A stretch of DNA of 64,000 nucleotides from Novosphingobium sp. GTDB lineage: Bacteria > Pseudomonadota > Alphaproteobacteria > Sphingomonadales > Sphingomonadaceae. Below, one piece after another: positions 38,006 through 48,678 of this stretch. The DNA lies in NCBI GenBank assembly GCA_040377095.1, contig JBEIPK010000006.1, positions 13,923 through 77,922 of the forward strand, written 5' to 3'. Made by a program: the position numbers and the translations under genes. The notes under the pieces are model-generated. The model was not told the origin of the DNA. It saw only the letters and a program-made list of their open reading frames with translations, and searched no databases. Within the stretch, counting starts at the first letter, position 1. Each line of letters opens with the position of its first letter.

Positions 38006-39883
38006 TTATCCCATTTTCTTCAGCAGCCAGGCGAAATTGCCGCCGCCGCGCGAGACGAGTCCCTGCTGGACCAGTTGCTGGACCGCTATGGGCCGGCCCT
38101 CGCCGTCGATCCAGATGCTGTCTTCCAAAGTGATGTCACCTGCGCCCGAGCGGAACTGCCAGTAGCTGCCGTCCGGCAAGGCAATCCCTGCGCCCTGCCC
38201 GTCCTCGCTGAGCCGTGCCTCGACACCGGGGCCAAGGTGCCAGCGGATCGCATAGCTCACCTTGCCACGCTTGCCCTTGCGCCCGGTGGGCACCAGCAAG
38301 TCCTCGCCGCGCAGTTCGGTGCCATCGTCTCGCATCAGCAGGATGCGGCGGTGGACGAGGCCAAAGCGCTGGGCATAGCCGTCATGACTCGCCTCGAGCC
38401 GGGTTCCGGCGCCGCTCTCGGCATCGAGGGTGCGGCGGTCGATATCGACTTCCGAGACTCCCTGTCCGATCTTGCCATGGATCAGCACTGCGGTCGAATT
38501 GGCGTCATCAAGGTTCAGCGTGGAATGCGCGGCCGTCGCGCGCAGGCCCTGTTCGAGCCGGACCGGAACCAGCCCGCCCGCTGCTGCCGCGCCGCCGCAA
38601 TTGACGATCAGGCGGTGTCCGTCGTGCGAAAACTCGAACGCCAGGGTCGAAGCACAGCCAAATCGCGCATGGCGCGGCATCGGCGGCGGGGCGGCATCGA
38701 ACTGAAGCACGCTCTTGCGTGCGACGACGCGCTGATAGCCCCACTGGCGCACATCGCGCAGCGGCCGCGTGCGCACGCCGCTCGCTTCGATCAGGCGCGC
38801 GATGCATTCCGCGCTCATCGCCCAGCTGCCCTGCCAGTTGCCCAGCGAGCCGTCGCCGTGTGTCAGCGAGAGGAGTGGCGGGACAAGCAGCGCCAGCATC
38901 GTTTCCAGCGCCTCTGGCGGATCGCGCCGGGTCGCGGCGTAGCAGGCGCGCAGGCGAACGAGAAGTGCGATGGCCTCCGCCTGGTCGAGAGGACTGCGCG
39001 ACAGCACGCCGCCGTCGTCCCCAACCAGATCGCCCAGCGCGCGAATCAGCCCCGCTTCGCCATATAGCCGGCGCGGGCGTCCATCGGGCAACAACAGGCC
39101 CGCCGCAACGATGCCGCACCATCCGGCCACTTCGCCCAGCACGGTCTCGGCGCTGCGCACGTGCCGGTCGAGCCAGCGGGCGGTGCCGCCAATCTCGGCC
39201 AGCACGCGGGTTCGAAAGGCCTTGTCATGGCCCGACAGGATCAGCGGAGCGTGAACCAGCCAGTTGAGCAGCCGCGCGCCTGCATTGCTGACACTCCAGC
39301 CCGGCCCCTTGCCCGGGCGCGAAGGGATTTTCGGATTGGCCTCGAGCCAACGCGACAGCAACCGCTCTGCCGTAGGCGAGACCTGCTCGCGCGGGCCGCA
39401 GGCGCCCAGGTCAGTCAGCCAGTCAAAGCTGTGGACCATGCGTTCCAGCGGCGGGGCAAGGCGCGCCGCTCCTGCAAAATCGACCTGGGCAAAGGCCGTG
39501 CGGGCACCAAAGACCTGGAAGTGCCCGGCACGCAGCGCCGTCCCCGCGGCGCGGTCTCCCCGCAAGGGAGCCTCCACTGTCGCCAGAAGGCGCGGCCTGG
39601 CCGACTTGCCCATAGGCGAGGTGAGCAGCGACCCCGGAATGCCGACGCGGTAGGCGAGGCGAATCAGGCGTTCACCCGCGCCCAGCGACGGCGGCGAAAA
39701 GTCGACTAGCGCCAGCGCCCGGCCGGGTTCTATCAGTTCGCCCGGCTCGGCGGGCGTACCGGCGTCGAGCACGCCGCCCTCAGGCTCGATCCCGTTTGCT
39801 CCCGTCGATCCCAGCGGCACTGCCATTACTGCGCCATCATCGTCGTGCGAGCCCGACAGGGTGAGCGAGGCGGCACTGTCCAT
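38006..39883 (-). CDS. Heparinase II/III family protein
   Basis: DGG..SRSP, H.DG.LG.WQG, H.R....STLAFEFS....[26 protein letters not shown]; rpe-this gene-purH order. Confidence 0.85.
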   Translation of the reverse strand: MDSAASLTLSGSHDDDGAVMAVPLGSTGANGIEPEGGVLDAGTPAEPGELIEPGRALALVDFSPPSLGAGERLIRLAYRVGIPGSLLTSPMGKSARPRLLATVEAPLRGDRAAGTALRAGHFQVFGARTAFAQVDFAGAARLAPPLERMVHSFDWLTDLGACGPREQVSPTAERLLSRWLEANPKIPSRPGKGPGWSVSNAGARLLNWLVHAPLILSGHDKAFRTRVLAEIGGTARWLDRHVRSAETVLGEVAGWCGIVAAGLLLPDGRPRRLYGEAGLIRALGDLVGDDGGVLSRSPLDQAEAIALLVRLRACYAATRRDPPEALETMLALLVPPLLSLTHGDGSLGNWQGSWAMSAECIARLIEASGVRTRPLRDVRQWGYQRVVARKSVLQFDAAPPPMPRHARFGCASTLAFEFSHDGHRLIVNCGGAAAAGGLVPVRLEQGLRATAAHSTLNLDDANSTAVLIHGKIGQGVSEVDIDRRTLDAESGAGTRLEASHDGYAQRFGLVHRRILLMRDDGTELRGEDLLVPTGRKGKRGKVSYAIRWHLGPGVEARLSEDGQGAGIALPDGSYWQFRSGAGDITLEDSIWIDGEGRPIAVQQLVQQGLVSRGGGNFAWLLKKMG

Positions 39884-39886
39884 GCC

Positions 39887-40549
39887 TCAACCCAGCCCCT
39901 TCAGCGCGGTGATATTGGCGGCATAGCGCGAAGGGCCGCCCTGGAACGTGGCCGAGCCCGCGACCAGCACGTCGGCGCCCGCCTCCACACAGAGCCGGGC
40001 GGTTTCGGCATTGACGCCGCCATCGACCTCGAGCCTGATGTCGCGGCCCGACTTGTCGATCATCTTGCGCACTGCCTCGATCTTGCGGAGCTGGCTCGAA
40101 ATGAAGCTCTGCCCGCCAAAGCCCGGATTGACGCTCATCACCAGCACCAGATCGATATCGTCGATCAGGTAGTCCAGCATCTTGGCCGGCGTCGCCGGAT
40201 TGAGCGAAATGCCCGCCAGCTTGCCCAGTGCCTTGATGGCCTGCACCGTGCGGTGGACGTGCGGCCCGGCTTCGGGATGGACGGTAATGATGTCGGCACC
40301 GGCGTTGGCGAAATCCTCAAGGTAGAGGTCAACCGGGGAAATCATCAGATGGACGTCGAACGGCTTGGCGGTGTGTGCCCGCAGCGCCTTGACGACAGCC
40401 GGGCCGATCGTGATGTTCGGCACGAAATGGCCGTCCATGACGTCAACGTGGATCCAGTCGGCGCCAGCTTCGTCGATGGCGCGCACTTCCTCGCCGAGAC
40501 GCGCGAAATCGGCGGACAGGATCGATGGCGAAATCAGTGGACCGGACAT
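39887..40549 (-). CDS. rpe: Ribulose-phosphate 3-epimerase
   Basis: [45 protein letters not shown]. Confidence 0.97.
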   Translation of the reverse strand: MSGPLISPSILSADFARLGEEVRAIDEAGADWIHVDVMDGHFVPNITIGPAVVKALRAHTAKPFDVHLMISPVDLYLEDFANAGADIITVHPEAGPHVHRTVQAIKALGKLAGISLNPATPAKMLDYLIDDIDLVLVMSVNPGFGGQSFISSQLRKIEAVRKMIDKSGRDIRLEVDGGVNAETARLCVEAGADVLVAGSATFQGGPSRYAANITALKGLG

Positions 40550-40615
40550 GGGAAACTCGCTCCAGACCTTGCGCTTAGACACCACATCTTGGGGCCGCAA
40601 GCGCGTGCATCATCG

Positions 40616-40682
40616 TTTTCCACACGCTATGTGGATGGTCCTCAAATCTCTGTCACGGAACTGAACGACAGCTTGTGGAAAA
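40616..40682. promoter_or_regulatory. Three DnaA-box-like 9-mers between rpe and DUF2141
   Basis: TTTTCCACA (40616-40624), TGTGGATGG (40630-40638), TGTGGAAAA (40674-40682). Confidence 0.4.
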
Positions 40683-40740
40683 GTTCACTGGGCATTCACC
40701 GCAAGATGCATAGAACGCAAGCCAGAACTTTACCGAGGGC

Positions 40741-41268
40741 ATGATGAAAGCACCCATGACCAACGATTGGCGCAAGACCGGAAGCCGTATCGCGTTCGCC
40801 GGCGTAGGCTTGGCCGCGCTCGGTCTTGCCACCGCCGCCCCCGCTATCGCGCAATACCGGCAGGAGCTGCGCAACGATGTACGCCAATGCGCGGGCCAGT
40901 CAGGCCCGGCCGTGCTAGTGACCGTCAACGGCGTGAGCAGCTCCACCGGCGTCGTGCGCGTGCAGGCATATCGCGCCACGGCGGGCGACTGGCTTCAGAA
41001 GGGCCGCTGGCTCAACCGGATCGAGGAACCGGCCCGTGCCGGCACGATGACCTTCTGCGTCCCGCTTCCCGCCGCGGGAAGCTATGGCATCGCGGTGCGC
41101 CACGATGCCAACGGCAACGGCAAGACCGATTTGCGCTCCGACGGCGGCGGCATGTCGAACAATCCGTCGATCAACATCTTCAACCTTGGCCGCCCGAGCC
41201 ATAGCAGCACCGCCATACCGGTCGGCAATACGGTCAGCTCGATCCGGATCCGGATGCGCTACATGTAA
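40741..41268 (+). CDS. DUF2141-family exported protein
   Basis: Signal peptide; V.V.GV....G.VRV..Y; G.YGIAV.HD.NGNGK.D...DGGGMSNNP. Confidence 0.85.
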   Translation: MMKAPMTNDWRKTGSRIAFAGVGLAALGLATAAPAIAQYRQELRNDVRQCAGQSGPAVLVTVNGVSSSTGVVRVQAYRATAGDWLQKGRWLNRIEEPARAGTMTFCVPLPAAGSYGIAVRHDANGNGKTDLRSDGGGMSNNPSINIFNLGRPSHSSTAIPVGNTVSSIRIRMRYM

Positions 41269-42022
41269 TGCCCTGCCGCTGGCCCAGCAGCCGGCGGACA
41301 TCGGCGAGATCGGACAGCTTGTCGACATCGACGGCGGCAAGCCCATCATTTGCTGCGACGATCTCGGCATGCACGCCGATGCTGCGTCCCAGTCTTCGCA
41401 CCGCCCCGGCCAGCGTCAGGCGCCGCGCCAGATAGGCGAGCAGCGTCAGCGGGCCGAGCTTCATCGCAATCCGCCACGGCCGCTTTCGATTGGCCTCCAC
41501 CATCTGCCAGGTCTTAATCGCGGCGGAGGCGCGCGGGCTTGCCAGCAGGAACAGGTTGCAGCCCGACCAGTCGCCGTCCGAAAAGCGCAGCCATGTGCGG
41601 CGGCTTTCGGGCAGCGCAGCTTCGACCGTTTCGCGCCGCGCCATCAGCAGCGCGACATCCGCGCCGGCCGGCATGCCCGAAACGAAGTCGGCGATCCAGC
41701 CGGCCTCGATCAGCGCGTGGTCGGAGGTTGTCACCAGCAGCGGCGTTCCCATGACCGAAAAGGCATGGGCCACGCTGGCGCTAGGCCCGGCGGCGGGCGG
41801 GAGGACCTCCGCCCCCAGCCGAGCAGCGAGCGCGATCACGTTCGCATCGTCAGCGCTCACTGCGATTCGTGTCACGCCCGCGTCCCTCAGTGCAGTCACG
41901 ACCCGCTCAAGCAGAGGACTGCCTCCGGCCTCGACCAGCGCCTTGTGGCTGACGCCCTCCGCCAGCCCGACCGGATCGGGCGTCCCGCGCGACCCGGCGA
42001 GCACCAGCGCGGCTGGCATCAT
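41234..42022 (-). CDS. MobA-like nucleotidyltransferase (NTP transferase)
   Basis: ALVLAGSRG..DP...GV.HKAL...GG.PLL.RV; LVTT.DHAL; C-terminal DVDK..D. Confidence 0.85.
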   Translation of the reverse strand: MMPAALVLAGSRGTPDPVGLAEGVSHKALVEAGGSPLLERVVTALRDAGVTRIAVSADDANVIALAARLGAEVLPPAAGPSASVAHAFSVMGTPLLVTTSDHALIEAGWIADFVSGMPAGADVALLMARRETVEAALPESRRTWLRFSDGDWSGCNLFLLASPRASAAIKTWQMVEANRKRPWRIAMKLGPLTLLAYLARRLTLAGAVRRLGRSIGVHAEIVAANDGLAAVDVDKLSDLADVRRLLGQRQGITCSASGSGSS

Positions 42023-42945
42023 GCGCGCAAGTCTCGCCTGGCGGCCTCAAGCGCCCGCCGTCCGCGCCAGACCCGCCACAGAACCCCCGGCGCTGCGAGC
42101 AGCGGATGGCGCTCGCGCCACGGCGTCAGGGCAACCGCGACCCCGGTGTGCCGCTCGATCTTCCAGGCGGCATAGCGCGCCGCGCCATCGAACGTGGTCG
42201 AGGCCCGTACCAGCCGGACAAGGTTGTAGGCCTTGCCCAGACGGCGGCGGCGGCGCCACCAGCGCAGCACCTGACGGCGATCGGTGTCAGGCATTTGCGG
42301 CGTGATGCAAGCGCCTTCCGTCCCGAACGCTAGCCCTGCATCGGCCAGCGCCAGCGGCAGAAGCCCGGCGAAATGCGCGGCGTTCATCGAGAGAATTGAT
42401 TCTTCGCGGCCCGTCTTTTCGACCCGGAACTCGGCGGCATAGGTGGCGCGGAACAGCGCGCGCCAGTAGTCATCCTGGGTGCCCCGCGCCGGGCCGAGCG
42501 CGGCCGCCAGCCGCGCCGCCGTGCGGATCGCGGCGCAGACCGCGTCCGTCACCCGCGCGCGCGCAGGATTTTCTCCGCCGGCCGGCCAGACCAGCGCGCA
42601 GGGCTGCGAGAAGCGCGCCCAGATCGTGGTGTCGAGCAGCACGCCCGACGCCGCCGCATGGAACGTCGCCAGCGACATCGTCGCCAGCTTGGCTCGCAGC
42701 ACCCTGCCCTCGCAGGTCCATTCGTGATAGCTGACGCGCGGCCAGAGGCCGGTCTCGGCGGGACCATCGACCAGCGCATAGAAATCGAGCACGCCATCAA
42801 GGACGCCCGTCCTGAGGTTCGATCCGTAGAACAGCATCGCGGCAGCAGACCGCTCTGCCGCGAGCAGTCCCGCGAAATTTGCCACTTCGCGGGCGACAGG
42901 CACGGCCAGCGCCTCTTCAACCCGGTCCCTGAGCGCAGCGCTCAT
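42019..42945 (-). CDS. Conserved protein with nucleotidyltransferase-like signature (CpgC/Tam41-like)
   Basis: FYGS.LR.G..DGVLDFY.LVD, WARFSQP, TY.AE.R.E, F.G...Y.AWKIERH; co-transcribed with a lipid kinase gene. Confidence 0.6.
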   Translation of the reverse strand: MSAALRDRVEEALAVPVAREVANFAGLLAAERSAAAMLFYGSNLRTGVLDGVLDFYALVDGPAETGLWPRVSYHEWTCEGRVLRAKLATMSLATFHAAASGVLLDTTIWARFSQPCALVWPAGGENPARARVTDAVCAAIRTAARLAAALGPARGTQDDYWRALFRATYAAEFRVEKTGREESILSMNAAHFAGLLPLALADAGLAFGTEGACITPQMPDTDRRQVLRWWRRRRRLGKAYNLVRLVRASTTFDGAARYAAWKIERHTGVAVALTPWRERHPLLAAPGVLWRVWRGRRALEAARRDLRA

Positions 42946-42958
42946 GGGATCACGCCCC

Positions 42959-43996
42959 TCATGGAATCACAAAAGTCAGCTGCGGCCCTTGTGAGAGGAT
43001 ATAGCGCCCGGCAGGAAACGCTTCGCCATCGAGAATGAAGCTCCCGCCCAGGTCGAGTTCGACTTCGCGCGCACTGGTCCGCGTCGCGCCGTTGCGTGCA
43101 AGGCCCTGTGTATACCAGCCGAACAGGACCGCGGGCAGCGCGGCCATCACCCAGCGCACCGGCCAGTCGATCAGGGCGAGCTTAAGACCCGGCGCGGCAT
43201 TGCGGCCGAACGGACGCGCGCCGAACGGAAATCGCTCGAACGTCGTGGCGATGGCAAGATAACGCGCGTCGGGATCGCCGCGACCGCTGTGCGGCAAGGG
43301 CTGGCCGCTTTCACAATCGACAAGGCGCATCAGCGTGCAGGCCCGCCACGGATTGCCCGCGCGGCCAAACAGTGCCTGAATGACGCCCCACAGCACTGTC
43401 ACGGCCACGGCCATGCTGTTGAACGCACCGCGCCGGTGTGCTTCCTGGCCCGCTTCGGTGCCCAGCGTGAATGCGCCTGCGCCGAGGATGAACCCTTGCA
43501 CGGCCTTGCTGTCCCGCGCCGCGTCGCGCACCCGGAGCGGACGCCGTCCAATCGTGCGCCCCCGGCGCGCGGCTGCCAGCGCATCGCCCAGAGTCCAGTC
43601 CTGAGGCAAGCCAAGATCGACGGTCAGTGCGTTTGTCTTGCCCTTGGGCAGCACGATCAGGTCAGGCCAGTGATCGCCGTAGATGTCAGCGCCGCAGGTC
43701 AGCACGTCGCGCATGGTGCCGTCGCCGCCATCGACGACGAGATAATCGATGCCGCGCCGCGCGAACTCGGCCAGCGAGCCGACGAGATCGGCGCGCGTAG
43801 CCGGGGTTTCGGTCAGGATGTTCGGGCAATCCGCCATTTCCGCCGCGACCCCGCGATTGCGATGGCTGCGCGGATTGCGGATGATCCCGATCAGAGGCTC
43901 GCCCCGGAATGCAGGCGCGTTCCTCCGTTCCCGCGGAAGCGGAACCGGCTGCAACAGATCGGGCAGCGCTTCGAATTCGTAGACAGTTCCGTGCAC
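42959..43996 (-). CDS. DAG/sphingosine/ceramide kinase family protein (CpgB-like)
   Basis: NPRSHRN, GGDGT, P.GKTN.L..DLG, LDGE motifs. Confidence 0.88.
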   Translation of the reverse strand: MHGTVYEFEALPDLLQPVPLPRERRNAPAFRGEPLIGIIRNPRSHRNRGVAAEMADCPNILTETPATRADLVGSLAEFARRGIDYLVVDGGDGTMRDVLTCGADIYGDHWPDLIVLPKGKTNALTVDLGLPQDWTLGDALAAARRGRTIGRRPLRVRDAARDSKAVQGFILGAGAFTLGTEAGQEAHRRGAFNSMAVAVTVLWGVIQALFGRAGNPWRACTLMRLVDCESGQPLPHSGRGDPDARYLAIATTFERFPFGARPFGRNAAPGLKLALIDWPVRWVMAALPAVLFGWYTQGLARNGATRTSAREVELDLGGSFILDGEAFPAGRYILSQGPQLTFVIP

Positions 43997-44164
43997 GGTA
44001 ACGCCTACTTAGGTGTCCCGCACAGGAAAAGCATCAGGAAATCGCGGAGTGGCAGGCGATTGTTGAGGAATGATGACATGCATCGCACAGGTGATTGCGT
44101 ATCGGAACCGTTGCGCGCGCCCGCCGCAATTGCCTCGCACGCCGGGCTCGGTTACGCCACGGCA

Positions 44165-45325
44165 ATGAACGAAACCAGCATGCACGATCCCGTGCCCCGG
44201 CCCGTCGTCGCGTCCGTCGGCAGCAATCCCGTACGGCTCTGGGGCCTGACCATGGCCGAGCGCGTGCGCCGCATCGCGGCCGCAGCGGGGTTTTCGTTCG
44301 CTGGCTCGGAGGGCGAGGCAGCGGACGGCCCGGTCCTGCTCGCCAATGCCGCTTTCGCCTTCGATCCGGGCTGGCTGCGCCATGTCGGCGAGCGGCCAGG
44401 ACTTGTCCTTGCATCGGGCGGCGCGCCCGTTCTCGCCCATGCCCGAAGCCGCGACGAGGCTGACCGGCTGGCGCGCGCAATGCGGGAAGGCGTCGCCCCC
44501 GATGCCGCTGCCGACTTCGATATCCTGCGATATGAAGACGGCCCGACGATCGAGAACAAGGCGCTTCGCAAGCGCGAGACGCCGTTCCTGATGCCGCTGC
44601 GGCCCGACACCGTGCGCGCGCTCGAACGCGCGAGCTATTTCGGCGCCTACAAGGGCGTGACTGATATCCTCACCAAGTACCTCTGGCCCGAATGGGCGCT
44701 GGTGCTCACCCGGCTGGCGGCCCGCGCGGGGATCACGCCCAATATAGTGACGGCCGTGGGCGCCGCGCTGTGTCTCGCCGCGACATGGATGTTCGCGGAA
44801 GGCCGCTACGGCCTGGGCATGACGCTGGGTCTGGGTTTCATGGTGCTCGACACTGTTGACGGCAAGCTGGCGCGCTGCACCATCACCTCGTCATGGTGGG
44901 GAAACATCTTCGATCACGGTCTCGATCTGGTCCATCCGCCTTTCTGGTGGTGGTTCTGGGCAACCGGGCTCGCCTTCTGGGGGCTGGCCTACGATACCGC
45001 CACGTTCTGGTGGGTGCAGGGCGCAATCCAGGGCGGCTATCTGGTGCAGCGACTGATCGAGGGCGCGTTCATGCGGCTCTACGGCGGCATCCACATCCAC
45101 GTCTGGCGCCGCTTCGACAGCCGGTTCCGGCTGATCACCGCGCGCCGAAACCCCAACATGGTGATCCTGTTCGTCTCGGTGCTGGCCGGGCGGCCCGACA
45201 TCGGGCTCATCGCGGTGGCGTGGTGGACGGTGCTGTCCTGCGCCGTCCACGCCGTCCGCCTGGCGCAGGCCATGATCGAGGCGAAGGGCGGGACGCGCAT
45301 CACCTCGTGGCTGGCGGAGCCATGA
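44165..45325 (+). CDS. CDP-alcohol phosphatidyltransferase with N-terminal soluble domain (CpgA-like)
   Basis: ITPN.VT, D(TV)DGKLAR...SSWWG.IFDH.LD signature; start ATG 44165 or 44180. Confidence 0.9.
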   Translation: MNETSMHDPVPRPVVASVGSNPVRLWGLTMAERVRRIAAAAGFSFAGSEGEAADGPVLLANAAFAFDPGWLRHVGERPGLVLASGGAPVLAHARSRDEADRLARAMREGVAPDAAADFDILRYEDGPTIENKALRKRETPFLMPLRPDTVRALERASYFGAYKGVTDILTKYLWPEWALVLTRLAARAGITPNIVTAVGAALCLAATWMFAEGRYGLGMTLGLGFMVLDTVDGKLARCTITSSWWGNIFDHGLDLVHPPFWWWFWATGLAFWGLAYDTATFWWVQGAIQGGYLVQRLIEGAFMRLYGGIHIHVWRRFDSRFRLITARRNPNMVILFVSVLAGRPDIGLIAVAWWTVLSCAVHAVRLAQAMIEAKGGTRITSWLAEP

Positions 45326-45326
45326 C

Positions 45327-45782
45327 ATGAGCGGTACGATCATCAACGATACGATGCGCAAGTTCGGCCACCCCGGCACGCTCGTGCGCGAATTCGAACA
45401 CTGGGTGGTCCTGGCGCGCCCGGCCCAGCCGACGCTCGGCAGTCTCGTGCTTGCCGCCAGATCGGTGGCGACGGCTTTCGGCGATCTTGACGGTTCCGCC
45501 CACGCCGAACTCAAGAGTGTCACGGCCGCAATCGAAAGCGCGCTGCGCCGCGCGGTGGGCTACGACCGGCTCAACTACCTGATGCTGATGATGGTCGATC
45601 CGCATGTCCATTTCCACGTCATCCCGCGCTACGACGGCGCGCGCGAACTCGCCGGGCGGGAGTTCGTCGATGTCGGCTGGCCGAAAGTGCCCGATCTCGG
45701 CCATGCAGTGGCGCTCGAGGGCGGCGATCTCGCTGCACTCGTGATGTGGCTCAAGAAGCATTTTGCGCAAGGCGCCGGCTGA
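45327..45782 (+). CDS. HIT-family nucleotide hydrolase
   Basis: Histidine triad PHVHFHVIPRY; starts 1 nt after the upstream stop. Confidence 0.9.
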   Translation: MSGTIINDTMRKFGHPGTLVREFEHWVVLARPAQPTLGSLVLAARSVATAFGDLDGSAHAELKSVTAAIESALRRAVGYDRLNYLMLMMVDPHVHFHVIPRYDGARELAGREFVDVGWPKVPDLGHAVALEGGDLAALVMWLKKHFAQGAG

Positions 45783-45786
45783 GCGG

Positions 45787-45811
45787 GGAGCTAACCCGCC
45801 GCCGCAGGGTT
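45787..45811 (+). promoter_or_regulatory. EcfG/SigT-like promoter
   Basis: GGAGC-N16-GGTT, near the GGAAC-N16/17-(C/G)GTT consensus; 40 nt upstream of ATG 45852. Confidence 0.5.
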
Positions 45812-45851
45812 AAATGGCAGACCGTCTCCTGAACCGGAGCCCGCCGAACCC

Positions 45852-48077
45852 ATGGCCACTCGAACCGCACCAACCAAATCCCCACCGATCGCCAGCCCCT
45901 ATGTCCTCGCACTATGCAAGGATCTTGCTGGCCGCCCCCGCCGCGCCGCGGCCGCGTTTGCTGTGGGCGACCTTGCCTGCGAGGTGATCGAAGGCGCCGA
46001 CAGCGTGTGGGCAGTGATCCGGCGGCCGGGCAAGGGCGGGCTGGCGCTGCGGCTGGCCTACGTGCCGGGCGGTTTCGACCGTGTGCGCTCGATGCGCCGC
46101 AGGCCGGGCGAAGTGGCGCGGCTTGCCGCGGAGAGCGCCGCCGGACGCCATGTGATCGTGCTGAGGACCGACGGATTGGACCTTCACCGGCTCCGCGCGA
46201 CAGTTGAACTCACGCCGTCGGTTGGCCTGCTGCTGCCGTTTCTGCCACGCGATCTCTATCCTCTCGACGAGCGCGACGATCCGCTTGGTGCGCAGGGCAG
46301 GGTCGAGGCGGCGCAGCGCGGCCTCAATAGCGGGGTGCTTTATTTTCACCTCGATGAGCCGGCTTTCGGCAGCGTTCTGTACTTCCAGAACCTCACATCG
46401 ATGAACCCGTTCTTCCGCGCCACGAAGACCAAGCCCGACGGTGCGGTTGGCGGCGAGTGGCCCGAGCTTGGCTATCTGCCGCCAACCCCGCCGCAGAGAG
46501 GCACACCTCCGGCCGGCGAATTGCCGGCGGGCAAGCCTGTGATCATCTCCGATGTCATCCTGATTGTCCGCGATCATGCGGAGCGAGGAGAGCGAGAATC
46601 GGCGCGCCTCTTCATCCAGATGCTGGGCGCGGCTTATACCGCACTCGACCTGCCGCATGTTGAATACCGTGACTGGGCAGGCCGCGCCGCCAAGACGCTC
46701 GATGATCTGGCCACTTCGCCCAAAGCGACCGTCCGCCACTATGGGCACCGCTATGCACATCCTTATACCGACAGCGAATATCCCGATTCAATGGTGCAGA
46801 TGGCCCTTATCGCGCCGCTGGACGACTATGCACGCTGGCGCGGCGAGCCGATCGCGATTCAGACTGAGTTCGAGGCAGGGCTCGGCAAGTTCTACGATCC
46901 GAAGCTCAGGACCTTGCGCCGCTATCTGCCCAATGTCGGCAAGGACAAGGACGCCGACGCGGTCGACAGTTGGTATCTCTACCACCCCTTGATGAACCTC
47001 GGCAGGTTGGCCATCTCCGGGAACGAGCAGGCGCGGGCCCTGTTCGGAAAAACAATCGACTTCGCGATCTGCGCCGCCCGCCACTTCAAGTACAGGTGGC
47101 CGATCCAGTACAAGGTCACCGATTTCTCGGTCATCACCGAGACGGCCGAGGGCGGCGATCTGGGTCAAACCGACGTGGGCGGCATGTACGCCTGGGTCAT
47201 GCTTCAGGCCTACGAACTCACCGACGAGGAGCGGTTCCTGCATGAGGCCCGCGCCGCCATCGACGCCGCCGAAGGCATGCGCTTCGACCTCAACTATCAG
47301 GCCAATCTTACCGCATGGGGCGCGGCGGCATGCCTGCGGTTATGGCGGATCACCAACGAGGCACGCTACCGCGAGCAAAGCCTCGTCTATCTGGCCAGCT
47401 TCCTGCACAATTCGGTGATCTGGGAATCGGAGATCGAACACGCCGCGAGCTACCGCAATTTCCTGGGTGCGACCTGCCTGCACGACGCGCCCTACATGGC
47501 GATCTACGAGTGCTTCGACAGTTTCGCCGCTTTCGAGTGCTACTTGCGCGACAGCGGGCCGGAACTGGAGCCGGCGGCACGCATGCTGATCAGCGAATAT
47601 TGCCGCTACGCCCTCGACCGGGCGTGGTTCTTCTATCCCGACGCGCTGCCTGCCGAGGCGGTTGCCAAGGAATTTCGCAACGGGCACGTGGATCGTTCAC
47701 TCTCGGTGCCCGTCGAGGACCTTTACGTCGACGGCCAGGCTGCCGGGCAGGTCGGGCAGGAAATCTACGGAGCGGGAGCGGCGTGGGTTTTCACGACGCG
47801 CGCGTTCCACGATTTCGAGGGCGCGCCCTTCCGCCTGTTCTGCGACCACTTCATCCTGGCATGGGAACGAACCGGTGAGCGAACGCTGAGCCTCAGGCTT
47901 GATGGCGGCGAAACCTGCACGGCGCTGCTTTGCGTTCTTAGCACTGGCCGCAAGAAAGTGGCGCCGATCACAGTGCAGACTGCAAGCGGCGACCGGATAC
48001 GGCCGCGGCTCAAGGTCTCCGGGCGGATCGAATACAACGTGCCGGCGAGCGGGCGCCTGATTATCGGCTGGGACTAG
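45852..48077 (+). CDS. 741 aa hypothetical protein, possibly with an (alpha/alpha)6 glycosidase-like domain
   Basis: Long coding-like ORF; helical repeats such as AYELTDEERFLHEA and LWRITNEARY; Trp/Tyr/Asp-rich; no signal peptide seen. Confidence 0.7.
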   Translation: MATRTAPTKSPPIASPYVLALCKDLAGRPRRAAAAFAVGDLACEVIEGADSVWAVIRRPGKGGLALRLAYVPGGFDRVRSMRRRPGEVARLAAESAAGRHVIVLRTDGLDLHRLRATVELTPSVGLLLPFLPRDLYPLDERDDPLGAQGRVEAAQRGLNSGVLYFHLDEPAFGSVLYFQNLTSMNPFFRATKTKPDGAVGGEWPELGYLPPTPPQRGTPPAGELPAGKPVIISDVILIVRDHAERGERESARLFIQMLGAAYTALDLPHVEYRDWAGRAAKTLDDLATSPKATVRHYGHRYAHPYTDSEYPDSMVQMALIAPLDDYARWRGEPIAIQTEFEAGLGKFYDPKLRTLRRYLPNVGKDKDADAVDSWYLYHPLMNLGRLAISGNEQARALFGKTIDFAICAARHFKYRWPIQYKVTDFSVITETAEGGDLGQTDVGGMYAWVMLQAYELTDEERFLHEARAAIDAAEGMRFDLNYQANLTAWGAAACLRLWRITNEARYREQSLVYLASFLHNSVIWESEIEHAASYRNFLGATCLHDAPYMAIYECFDSFAAFECYLRDSGPELEPAARMLISEYCRYALDRAWFFYPDALPAEAVAKEFRNGHVDRSLSVPVEDLYVDGQAAGQVGQEIYGAGAAWVFTTRAFHDFEGAPFRLFCDHFILAWERTGERTLSLRLDGGETCTALLCVLSTGRKKVAPITVQTASGDRIRPRLKVSGRIEYNVPASGRLIIGWD

Positions 48078-48130
48078 CGCCGGGAGCCGGGCGGCGGCGC
48101 GGGCTGGCCCGCCGCCGCACCGGTGGATTC

Positions 48131-48646
48131 TTATTCGCCGGTCAGTTCGGCCTTGCGGGCGCGCAGCTGTTCGCCGAGCGCCTTGAGGTCCATGTCGCTT
48201 GAGCGGCATTCGGGGAACATCTCGCCTTCCTCTTCTTCGACATGGTGGTTGATGTATTCGCCGAGTACCTTGACTTTGGCATCGAACAGCGGCTCGGCGG
48301 GGGAACTTGCCTCGATCTGGGCGATCAGATCCTTGGCGCTGGCATGCTCCACTTCCGCTTCGTCAAGCAGGTCGTCATCATCAAGCGCCTCATAGGCCGC
48401 AGGATAGAAGATTTCCTCCTCGATCTGGGCGTGCACGGTCAGCGCCTTGCAGATCTGCATGGCGAGTGCCTGTTTCTCGTCATCGCCCTCGGTCTTCTCG
48501 TACCGTTCGAACATCGCCTTGGCCTCCTTGTGGTCGGCCTTGAGCAGGGCGATCGCGTCCTGCGGCCGCTTGGCGGCCGAGGCGGACTTGCGGGTCGAGC
48601 GGGCGCCCGTCTTGGGCTTGGCGCGGGATTTTGTGGCAGTGGGCAC
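48131..48646 (-). CDS. Hemerythrin/HHE cation-binding domain protein
   Basis: DAI.LLK.DH..., H...EEEIFYPA, EA..EH, HHVEEEE..MFP; basic N-terminal tail. Confidence 0.9.
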   Translation of the reverse strand: MPTATKSRAKPKTGARSTRKSASAAKRPQDAIALLKADHKEAKAMFERYEKTEGDDEKQALAMQICKALTVHAQIEEEIFYPAAYEALDDDDLLDEAEVEHASAKDLIAQIEASSPAEPLFDAKVKVLGEYINHHVEEEEGEMFPECRSSDMDLKALGEQLRARKAELTGE

Positions 48647-48678
48647 GGCGTTGTCCTTTCCAGAAGGGAAACTGGAAA

